Assembly: GCF_000002075.1 (NCBI RefSeq)
Contig: NW_004797959.1
Span: 65,951 to 129,950 of the forward strand
Length of the DNA: 64,000 bases
Source of the DNA: Aplysia californica
Taxonomy: Eukaryota
Direction of reading: 5' to 3'
Made by a program: the position numbers and the translations under genes. The notes below the pieces were generated by a model. It was not told where the DNA came from. It saw nothing but the letters and a program-made list of their open reading frames with translations, and did no database searches. This document shows positions 36,500 to 48,100 of this stretch, one piece after another. Position 1 is the first letter of the stretch. Every line of letters begins with the position of its first letter.

Positions 36500-36984
36500 A
36501 TTTTCTTTTGGTAAGTGTTACGGCGCTATCAACTGCACAAGGTCATATGAGCGCACAGGACACATTTAACTTTTTCAATCAGAAGGATATTTAGAATTTT
36601 GCCGCGGGTGGCGGTCGAAGCCTACTCTTATTGATTTTAGGCCACCAAGGGATCTTAAACGAGCGCAACTAGCAAACAGGACCTAAAATTTTTCACCCTT
36701 GTCCAAGAAGGCTAGGTGTAGTTCTTTCCTACCAGAAGATCCGGGGTGTGGCTGAAAGACAGCAGTAAGGAGCCAAGGAGTAGCAGTAGAAAGGCTGCAG
36801 AAAGAGTCAGGAGCCCTGAGGAGGGGGGCAGAAAGTGGAGACGAAAGCAGATGACAGAACATTGCTAGAGAGCAGGAAAGGAGACATTTTTAGAGAAGAA
36901 AATGTTTCTGTTGCTACCCGGATTCGAACCCGGGACCTTTAAATGAGAGGTGACCACCTTAACCTCTAGGCTACAAGAGCCCCC
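36500..36984 (-). mobile_element. tRNA-derived SINE, family R2
   Basis: Full-length homologue of 29403-29940 with A/B boxes and shared tail. Confidence 0.85.
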
Positions 36985-39896
36985 TAAAAATGATTTTTAG
37001 AAAAGCGATACTGAAAGAAGGACATAGAGAAAGGGAAATATTTAATAAATTTGATACAATAAAGATGGAAGTGATCGGAAAGGTGTGTGGCTGTCATGTC
37101 ACCAGACACAGAAATACAAAAAGAGCAAAAGCTCAATGGGATTTTTCAGTGTCGGATGACAACAGTACGTTCAATCAACATCAAGAAAGGGCCCCCCCCC
37201 CCCCCCCATCTTCGTCCTGCGACACCCCCCACACCCCATAAGGCCTTTATAGATCAAATGTGAAATGCACCAAGACATCGTCATTAAGTCCCAGAAATCA
37301 GCTACCATGGTTCGCCATTCATATCTTTGCTTCAGATGCTCTCAAGAAAGCCACATTATCATGATCTTTCCTAGTCACCTATCTTTTTAGGCTTTCAAGT
37401 AAGTTGCTCTGGGTCTACCCCTGCCTCGTTTAAATTTTACCAGTGAGAGCTAGATGTTCAAAGACCGTACGCCTATTTAAGTGTCCAAGAAATTGGAGTT
37501 GTCTCTTCCTCGTTTTTAATCAGAAAGTGACTCACACGGATTTCTTAAGAACTACCTCCTTTGATTTCTTTTTCTTTCACGAAATTCACAATAGACTACT
37601 AAGAAATGATATTTCTGTTACTTCTATTTTATTTTCACTGACTTTGGTGATTGTCCAGGATTTACAGCCATATAGAGAAGGGTTGACCTCACAAAGCCTA
37701 GCAAAATTTGTATTTTGCTTGTTTCACTTTTTCAGGATTTGGCTCATTTCATTGATACTGCTTTTAGCCTCTGCAATTCTTCATTTTGTCTGTGGAACAT
37801 TTGGTATCAGACCAGATGTAATTATGTATCCTAGAAATTTGAACTGCTGAACCTGTTTGATCTTTTCACCTTTGCTTTTGAGTTGACAAATAGGATTTAC
37901 CACCTATGACTAACAGAGAATACAAAGAATCTAGAAAAGTCTAGACCACTAATTGTATATTACACTGTAGGACCCCCTCCCCCCATAAGCGGGCATCAGC
38001 TGATATTTTTTTTTTAATACAAAAATAAAACAAAACATCATTGCAGAACAGCTGTGACCACCCCCTGAGCATAGCAAATGATTTGGACAAACTTTGCTTT
38101 TGACAGTCTCCAATGATATAACTCTTTACGTTTCTCTCTCTCTGTGACAGGAGAATGACAAAAATGAAATGACATGTGAAATGATGACAACTCTCCCTTC
38201 ACTCCGCACCTTATACTGCATGACTTTCACCTCTCAACAACGCACTCCTGTATTCGACACACACACACCCTGTCTCATACAATAACACATTCATCAATCT
38301 CCCCAATCAACTCAAACACTACTCATTGTGGCATGCATAATTTCACATTCATTCAGAGACAATACTAAAAATCACAGTTCGTAAGACGCATGAGCCCCAA
38401 CCAACACTCAAACATACACACTAAGCACGGGGTGCCTGTTCAGTTGGGCCTAATGCATCCCAAGAACCACATCTCCACACAATTACTCCAAAAAGCATTA
38501 TCAAAGTCATTCTAATGTAACCCATCCACACTTGCATTATCATCATACACATAAGATGCCTACGGGCAGAACAAACAAGACACCCCCCCTCCCCCCCCCC
38601 ATGGCAGACGAAACAACCTTCCCGATGAAAGATTTGCGCTGATACTCACGACACCACCATCATCAAAATAATATATATTATGTTTCTTTGTGTCGAGATG
38701 GCAACGGCTGAGGACTTGATCACTTAAAAGAAAGAATTTTTCCCTTCCTTGAACGATGCGAACTCGCTTTCACACGTTGAGACTTTACACAGCAGTTTGC
38801 AAAGTGTCTACACCCCCCCCCCCCCAATACAGCAGACATTCAAAGACAACGCATTCTTACAAAAGAAAAAGATCTACAGCAACATGTGGCAGCCTCTTAT
38901 TGAAAGAGTTCAAGATATCGCCACTACTAAAAATTTATATCTACAATGAAAATTCCTTGACATGTACTTAAAGGTTGTGCTAATCTTTAAAAAAAAAAAC
39001 CCTTGAAAAGAATTTAGGTAAAAGAAAACTTTAGCCCTCCACATACAGGAGCCTCCACTCTCTGTAGGGCCACATGTGGGTCACTGTGATATCATGAGTG
39101 AAAGGTGCTTTTAACTTATTTTAAGAGCGGGGGAATGAAATTTACTTTTACCCGAAACTATATTCAGTCGTCCTCATTGAGCATTCTGCCCATCAACTGT
39201 AAGACTTGTCCTATGTTCCTCACTACAGGACAAAACACACAAGTCTTGCACCTGATGGTCCATTCTTTCAATAGCGTATGGACTTAACAGCTGATATTGG
39301 CCAGATTGGTACAAGAAAAAAAAAAAGAATGCCCCTTTCGATTGTTTCCTGGTAGCAATTCACAACTCACCTCACTTTGTATGTGATTCTCCTCAAATAG
39401 AGGCAACAGCTGAGATATTTATAAGCAAATTTACATGCAGCTGTCATCATCAAATGACCGTTTGGGGCCCTGAGTACACACGAGATAATCAAGACTAATA
39501 ATAAAACCTCTTAATCTTTTTCTATTTGCACAATGTTACTTTACATTATTTAATCTTAAACACATACACTCAAAACAAAACAAAAAAAAGCGCCAAAGCT
39601 ACATACAGCAATCCCCACACAAATTAACTGCCTGACTGTGCAAAAACGTGAGGACACCCCCCCCACCATCTGATAAATAGATTTTGGTGATCAATTCAAG
39701 CCCTGTCCATGAGAACATAAAAGTGACCATACCCCTCCCACACACACACACACAAAACTCATTCACTGGGTTTGTCCAGTTTCTCATACTACATTTACAC
39801 ACATACAAAGCAACAAATCACATCCGAAAGAGAGATACTAGTTCTCCACCAGCCACTCCCCTCAAGAAAGGGCAGAGAATGACATCTGTGTTCGAA

Positions 39897-40332
39897 CAAA
39901 GATAGTACAAGACAAGATGGGCCACTCAGCCTAAAAAGTGTCCGCAGGAAGTATGCTCTTTGCTTCAGATGGCGCTGCAGTCTGTTTTGAAGCTCTCTTT
40001 CATTTTTCCAGAAGAAGAATAGGAATAGCACCTCCTTGCGTGCGCAGATCGGCTACTGTTCATCAGCAGTTCGGGTACGTTCAGTGCGGAGTTTATAACC
40101 ATCTCCTTTTCCTCCGGAAGAGGTTTTTTGTCAGCGTAACCATTTTTAAAAAGCGTTCTTCCGAAATTTAGTTCAAAACTTGCTAGTTTCACTTTGATTT
40201 TTTAAAACTCAAGTAGGGTAACTCGGTTCGCAAAGAGTGCGCTTTTGTGAAGAGGGCGCCACCAAATTTTGAGGACACTTTTTTAATTGGCTCAAAGAGA
40301 GAAGTGGCCCATCTTGTCTTGTACTATCTTTG
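39897..40332. mobile_element. P-element-like MITE, 436 bp
   Basis: Perfect 30-bp TIR CAAAGATAGTACAAGACAAGATGGGCCACT; 7-bp TSD GTTCGAA (39890-96, 40333-39); CANRG terminus and 7-8 bp TSD fit the P superfamily. Confidence 0.88.
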
Positions 40333-42789
40333 GTTCGAATAAACTCAAGTACCAGGTCCTCCACACCAGAAAACAAGTTCTTTCATAATAAGTCAGCTGA
40401 GTGTGGAAAATATTCTAGGCTGGAGTTGAAGTAGACTTGTATGCATATTATTGTCTGCCATGCAATTTTGGTGGTCTCATGGGTGTCTTCTTCAATGAAA
40501 GTTTTACTTTGCACCCTATTCCAGGCACCACATCATTACAAATGAAAAGCAAACTTATCTTTTTTCCCCTCCATTTACCAAGGACTTCGTACACCACTGT
40601 TTTCTAGGCTTTGGTAGCATTGAATGTACATACAACTTTTCTTGAAGTGGAAAAAATGAATGTAAAGGGTGAGCATGTAAAACATTCAGCAATGATGACT
40701 CTTGTGGTAAAACAAGCAGGCAATAATTCACACACACTTTGATACTCTCTTGCAAACAACAGTGTCATACTTGCATAAGTTTTCATAAATCATAAAAAAA
40801 AAAAAAAAGATTTTAAATAGGGACAGACTAGAATAAAAATGTCCCATCACTGAACAGTCAAAAATCCTCTCATACTTTGCTGCTATGTTAAAAAAAAAAA
40901 CCCCAACGAAACAAGCACTACTTTCACTTTCATGCCAATATCATGATCTTGCACATACATGATGCACTATAGATATGGCCGATAAGGTCTTTAAACTGAT
41001 AACCCATATCGCCATGTGTGTTGCAACATCACAAAATGAGTCACTTGTCGCATCTACAAGACTGTGTTAAGATAAATATTGGGCAAAACCTCCAATTCCC
41101 CACAGCAGTGTGTTTCACAATCCCAAATATCTAGCGGCTATAACTTTGGAACCAACACCACAAGACTCATACTGTTTTCACCTTCAAATAAGGCTTCAAC
41201 AAATCTTCCATTTAACACACATAATACTGTCAAAATGCGACATGCGACTCATTTTGTCGCATCCATACAAATGTATGTCACACGTTTTTTAAGGGGGAGC
41301 ATTAACCTACAACAAAGGCATCAATTGATTCTGGCATTAAAGCCACGAAATTTGTTTTGTGTTTTTTTTTTACCTCTCTCGATCTTTCTCTCTCTGGTTC
41401 TGCACGCATGCGGGACTATTCCATTTGTACACCTCAACATTCATAGACTGGGACCTCGAGTATATACCCTCAAGACTGACCAAAAAATTATTTAAAAATT
41501 CAGTGTTCCCAACAGTTTTTCTTTTACACATTTTTACCATTATTCCCCTCAGGGCTCACTCACGAACAGTAGAAGTGTCTTAAAGTCAGTTATTTGATTT
41601 CTAAGCTGGCAATGTGTCCGTGTCCAACTGTGGAAGATGGTGTGACATCCAATCCAAACTTCCATACCAAGAGGAAGGAGAAGAAGGTAGGCAATTTTAT
41701 AGTCTTCCACTTTGAAATAACCTCACCACAAGAAGAAGGTATGCAATCTATTGTCCTCCACTTCATAACTCACCATGGACGACAGGAGAAAACTAAACCA
41801 CGGAGGATGACAAGACACGTATAATTAACCACATTACCACAATCTTGTTAAAGTTGCACGTATAAAACCTTCTGCAGCGCGTAGCTCTCTATGGAGCCAG
41901 CATGCCTGTGATAAGCACTGATTTGACCGACTCTCTCTCTCTCTCTCTCACATATTTGTCTTGATTCAAACAATATCCGTCAGTTTTGGCTGTCATGTGA
42001 GTGATCATGGCAAAACACCATGTGTCCATATTGGAAATGACAAATGCTAATTCATAGCCTCCCCCCACAAGGTAGGAACATTGCTATTCACAAGAAGCAC
42101 TATTAGAGTCTTTCTCCTTTGGCACAGACATGACTCCGAAGGCCAAAATAAAATCTTCACAAGAGAGTGGCAGGAGAGTGAACATATAGGTCCACCCTTC
42201 CCGTCCCGAAAGGTAAAACGATGTATAGATGTATACGTGCTCCAAGTAGGAACATTATGTACCACTGATACAGCGTCCTTATTACATACCCACTTCTGTG
42301 TGTGTTTGTGGTGTAGCCAGGGGGGGGGGAAGGGGGAAGAGGAGACACAAGTCACATCATTCGTAGTCTTGACTTTACACACACCGAGATGCGAGTTCAA
42401 ACTGAGGCATATATAAAACTCCAGGCACACACCGGATGTCACATTTCTCCTGACGAAACCCCGGAACACAACACAGCGCACATGGTCCGTCCTCAGTCAC
42501 AGAAAAAAACAAAACAACCACACATTAATAATTAATCCACAATCTTGTAGTAGAACTGTTACTCCCGCATGTTTCGACAAGAATAACAAGACTTCTAAAA
42601 TCAAATGATAAAAATTCCTCCTCTCGAGCACAGAACCTAGAGTGTCTTGAGTCAGCACTCCACACGCAGATTTTTCTTCTCCAATGCAGCACCAGTACGC
42701 CAGCAAGCAAAATGTGCTCATTCCGTGGATCTCTGCTACGTCTCGTATATTACAAATACCCTGGGGATGAAACAAGAAACATGTTAAAG

Positions 42790-42960
42790 TTTAGTTATAG
42801 TAAATGATACGGCACTTGCAACACAAATAGGTCATATAAGTACTGAAGATTAGAGGTTTTACTAGAGAGTGACACAAAGAAAAGAAGAAGAGATGTGGAC
42901 AATATTACATGTTTGATACGATAGAAAAAGCAAACCACACCAGAGCACCCACCAACGACC
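42790..42960 (-). mobile_element. Family R3 retroposon
   Basis: Homologous to 46438-46621. Confidence 0.7.
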
Positions 42961-43411
42961 TGTGAAAGATGTTTGCAACTTTGAGGTAGCGAAACACATG
43001 GACTGGACACAATAACGTTCATTCATGTTTGTTTTGTTTGAGTAAAGAGAAGCACACTGACACAATAAACGTCATTTTGGGCTGGCAAAAAGAAAATAGG
43101 ACATGACAAACTGGAGACGAAAAGTAAAACCTACTAGTGGCACCCTCCGACCACCCGCAGTTCTTTAGAGATTTGAAAAGCCAGAAGGCAAGACAGACAG
43201 ACAGAAACAATATATATATATATATTCTTTTTTAATATAAAAAAATAAATACAATAATGGCCATTTCCAGGTGGAAAAAAAGTACGAACAGAAATGACTG
43301 AAAGAAAGAAAACAAGTGACAACATGGCATGAAACTTCACGTTAACTCGTGCACACCAGGTAATTGGTTCCATTAGTTTTCCCCTAATGATATTAACATG
43401 AATCCCGATTT

Positions 43412-43665
43412 GTTTAGTTTTAGTAGGGTTTTATGTCGCTCGCAACTGCACAAGGTCATATGAGTGCCAAAGGGCGGATGTCAGGAGAGAAATCCTTACA
43501 GGGAATCAGGTATACTCTGCTCACCTCTCTAGCCTCAACTTGTGCTCTGCTTCGACTATCAAGGCACCCCCGAAATAGCAGTTCACAAGAGAGTGACAAA
43601 CATACAAAAAAAGTAGAGGAAAATGATGATAGTAAGGATGAGGAAAGAAAAAGTAGCAGTTCCCT
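43412..43665 (-). mobile_element. Family R1 retroposon, 5'-truncated
   Basis: Tail plus ~250 bp of R1 body. Confidence 0.75.
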
Positions 43666-44095
43666 GGTTTGGTCTGTGGAAAGGCTAGAATCAACTGTCA
43701 AAACCATGTCTCGTTTTCAGCATAAACAGATTTTAAAAAGCATGCAAAACAAACCTTACTGAACAAATAATGTCAAGGAACGGCCTCGGGGTAGAGCAAA
43801 AAGTGATAGTGAAAGAGAGCATGTGAGTGACCCAGTTCAAAGGACCAGGAAAGAGAGGGACAAAGTGAGGTTGAAAATCTAACAATAATGGAGAACTGAT
43901 TCCAGAAAACCACAAATCTAGTTTTACTCGCTCATGTTTTCATATATAGTGATAAGCCATCATGATGTCTACATAAGGTTTCCAACATAGGTGCGCTACA
44001 CTAAACTGCACTCTACTCAAAAAGGTTCTCAGGTTGTATCTCCAGTACTATGTCAAACAGTTCAAGTGTATTAAAAAAGATTATAACCCCCCCTC

Positions 44096-44233
44096 TTCTC
44101 CCAATCTCAGCTCTACCCCCGACCCCAGCCTCCTCCACTTTGCGCCCCCTGTTGGTCCGACTCATTCTCCCAATCTCAGCTCTACCCCCGACCCCAGCCT
44201 CCTCCACTTTGCGCCCCCTGTTGGTCCGACTCA
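44096..44233. repeat. Perfect 69-bp tandem duplication
   Basis: TTCTCCCAATCTCAGC...GTCCGACTCA repeated at 44096 and 44165. Confidence 0.92.
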
Positions 44234-44776
44234 CCCCCCCCCCCAAACCACAGTGAAGAGTGTCAAAGGACGCTTTGGTGCATAGAATACACCAATACAC
44301 CAGATGTCAAATCTGAATGGTTTACGATGCCCCAGATAAACACCAGTTGTTGATACATGTTGCACTCATGTGAATTCGTGTTATGTGATGCGAAGAGGAA
44401 GTTAGTTTCATTGCTTAATGTTGAAGACAGGGGCTGACTAACCAAAAACTCGGTCAAACCCTGTTTCAATGTGTCAGGAAATTAAATTACCCATAACGAC
44501 AAATTTTGATCACCACCATGTTTCTGTGTTAATTATCCACAAGTTGGCGGATTCGACTCCAAGTATCACTAAATCATCATCAGGGGATCTGCGCAGCAAC
44601 AAAAATGAAAATAGATCTTGATTTTCGAGGTTGGGAGCCTTAGTAGGACACGTCAACCTCAACGACTGTACATTGCTGAATGGAGAATATTAAGGCCATT
44701 GTGATTTCTTTTTTTTAAAAGGTGCCGTAACGTTTGACGTTGAGCCATATAGTACCCGACAGCGAGTGAGTTAAGA

Positions 44777-44962
44777 ATTTTAGTTTTAGTTTAGTAGAGG
44801 GTTTTACGGCCCTCGCAACTGCATAAGGTCATATGAGCACCAGAAGATTAGAGGTGTTACAAGAGAGTAACAAACATAAAAAAGAAGAAGGGGAGATAAG
44901 GGCGATAGATGTTTGATAGGAAAGAAGAAGCAAACCACACCAGAGCACCCACCAACCACCCA
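44777..44962 (-). mobile_element. Family R3 retroposon (~185 bp) with TSD
   Basis: CGAG(T/C)GAGTTAAGA on both flanks (44763-76, 44963-76). Confidence 0.82.
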
Positions 44963-45134
44963 CGAGCGAGTTAAGAGAATGGTTGTGGAATTGATGAGTG
45001 GAGTAAGGAAAGACAAGGAATGGGACAGGATTTAAAAAAAGATGGTTTGGGAGAATTTTCTACACTACATGTCAATGACAGTGGCCTGTGCAAAAGGTCA
45101 ACTCTCACCTTCCATGTCTAAGGCAGAGCAAACA

Positions 45135-45163
45135 TTATTGTTGGTGCTGGAACTGCTGATGCA
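45135..45163 (-). CDS. ATXN2: Ataxin-2 last coding exon (V)HQQFQHQQ*
   Basis: Acceptor TTGCTATTTTCCCAG; phase 1 fits the previous exon; H/Q-rich end like other ataxin-2 C-termini; not in the ORF track. Confidence 0.7.
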
Positions 45164-48100
45164 CTGGGAAAATAGCAACAAGAACAAAACATGTCAGAAT
45201 AACGAGATCACAGAAAGCCATTCCAGATTTGCTAAACTTTTGAGTTCTAGTAAGAGTGTTACGCCACTTACTAAACAAATAGCTCATATAAATGCTGAAT
45301 AATAGGTGTTATAAAAGAATAACCTACAAAAGAAAACGCAGAGAGATAAGACGAATGTCCAGGGAAGAAAGAACAAACCACACTAGAACGCCCGTCAACC
45401 ACCCACAAAATTCGGACAGGCTAAAACTATGATCATTAATTCAAATGAAAGAAACACCCCCCCCACAAGTCCCTCAGTGCAAAAGATGCTGAGTCTAATA
45501 ATTTACGCGCCTGGTGAAATGCACTTTTACCAACAATAATATTACAACACAACCTATAATAGGGTTTGACACAAAAGAATTGGAATATGAATCCTCCGTA
45601 GAGGTCTAGATCTATCGTGATCTATATAAATCTAGTCTAGTAGAACAAGTGAGTAGATGAATCCACATCCAAGCAATCAGTCAACAGACGAAATTCAAAA
45701 TGGCCGCTCGAGCATGAAACAGAAAGTAGATCTAACATACATTGTCCTTTTTCCTACTCCTACTCAGGTTCCGACAATTATGCCAGAACGCCGACATACG
45801 GTACGAAAATGAAAAAGCAGACAAAGCCGAACGGAGAAAAAGGGGGCGCTGGCAATTGGCCAGGCCTCACACTCTGCAACATTGACTTATACAGGTGGGC
45901 CTAGCGATAGCATCGGCCGGGTCGCTGGTCATTCAGGATTGTCGGATTTCGAGATAATTGTTGGCAAACATGGAGGTCTTCCAGATTGTCGGATTTCAGA
46001 CGATTGTTGGCAAACATGCAGGTCTATCAAACCCTTAAGTGGCAGAAATGACAGCAAAAAGAAGCAAGAAACCACTTCTCCATCACCAACCACAAACACC
46101 ACTGGAAACATCATATCCCTGGCCCATTGCCATAAGGCAATGCGAGTCCATCACGCGCTCACAACTTTGCATAGCTGCCTGCCAAATCTCCCCCCTCCCA
46201 AACACACAATGGGTCAAGATGGTAAGCAAACCCTTCAACAATACTCTCTGCATCCAACAAATTCAAGCTTTTCAAAGCAAATCTGCCAGAAATCATTAAG
46301 AAATGACTCTCTGGTTGACTTGTTAGCTTTGTTCTCATTGATATTTGCAAATCCAGCCTTGAAAGTTCATAATCTCTATCCCCCCCCCCCCCCCCCAAAA
46401 AAAAAAGCATTTAGGAAGTTTGAAAGTAACAATACCTTTAGTTTTAGTTTTAGTAGAAGGTTTATGGCGCTCGCAACTGCATAAGGTCATTTGAGCGCCA
46501 GAGGATTAGAGGTGTTACAAGAGAGTAACAAACACAAAAAAGAAGGAGGGGAGATAAAGACGATACATGTTTGACAGGAAAGAAGAAGCAAACCACACCA
46601 GAGCACCCGCCAACCACCCACTAACAATACCTGACAACAGGTATTTTCTGACACGAAAACTGACTTCCATACCCCATAAAAACACAGGTTTTTCATGTAC
46701 TGGTCAGCAGCTCTGTCATTGCAAGGGCCAACACTAAGCCAACCCAGCCTGGGTGCAGCTGTACAGGGTTGCTCTGAGTAGAACGTGCAGTGCAGTTACA
46801 AAGCCATGAAAGCATTTGGTGCAGGGGAACTTTTTCAAACCCATCTACATATTCCATAACGGTCCGCAAGTTTTTTAAATCCTGACATAGGTACAACAAA
46901 ATGCTGATTGAATACGTTAAGCAATGCGTGGAAATACAAAGTGTGGAATCTATTTTCTGTCCATCCCCAAATGGCAAGAATAATTTTTCAAGCACTCTCA
47001 ATAAGCATTCATTAAAAAATTCAAAAGATTGTTTTCCAAAGATACGAAGCTATATATTTGAACAAAATTTGTAGAAGTTTACAGTCTAACTTGTTTACGT
47101 CAGACCGTGAACAACTGCAATCCCTATTACTATCATGAGTACACAAAAACCCTCATATCCCAGGCTTCATGGTGTTGCATGATTAAACAAGCTTTGACCT
47201 CAAACACCTGCAACTGGGCTCAAATACAACAAGACCAGAATGCAAAAAAGGGAAAACTTTTGCAATAAACTCAACTGGATGCAAACAAGAGATTTCAACA
47301 ATGCAATCCCCAAAAGCAATTCAATACACAAAATATTTTCAATGCAAATGAAGAAATGGATGAAATCAAACAAACTTGTTACCCTTTACAAAAAAAAAAT
47401 CAACAAAAAATCATATGTCCCTGAACAAGAATGTGGCCTTAAAATAAATAAATAACCAAAAAACAAAGAGCAACTTTAACATCACCTTCTTGCATCTCTT
47501 GGTAAATAAACTTGATGTGGCATAGAACCTATGTGCAAAAAATGAAGGAATTTTAAAACTACCAAGAAGACCTAAAAGAAATGGTATGAACCGGTGCAAA
47601 TATGATACATGTATATGTTGAAAATAATTTCCAATATTTGAGCTCCAGACAAGTATGGACTGTTGGTGTAGTACGTGTTTTTACATCTACACCTACACAA
47701 TTTAGACTATTTCAGGAGGCGGGGCTTCGACCCTGCCTGTCAGGACAGAAGAAAGACTGAGATAAGATAACTTTTTAAAAAATTCTCCCCACTTAAAGAA
47801 TGGACGGTCCACCACTGTATAAACCTAATTCAAAGAAATGCACCGGTCTTTTCATGACAGCAAATTGAGGACTTGGTTCTCAGAGGTACCTAAGTATTTT
47901 AACTTTTAGAGCTGAGCTTGGCGCTCAAACGGGGACACATATGACAACCACTGGTGGCGATTATAGACCACTCAATTTATTTTGAAAGAAGGAATCAACT
48001 GAGGAAGCATAAACTGTATTCAGGAGGGATTCACTAAAATAATTCCAAAACATCTCAACTCTACAAGCAAAGAAAGGAACCCCCCAACAAAGCATCAAAA

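Noticed and set aside
45882-46484. 200-aa plus-strand ORF
   Set aside because: Spans a repeat end, unique intron sequence and a SINE tail; no recognisable domain
46690-46780. Extra ataxin-2 exon after TTCTACTCAG
   Set aside because: No convincing donor and no ataxin-2-like composition in the required phase
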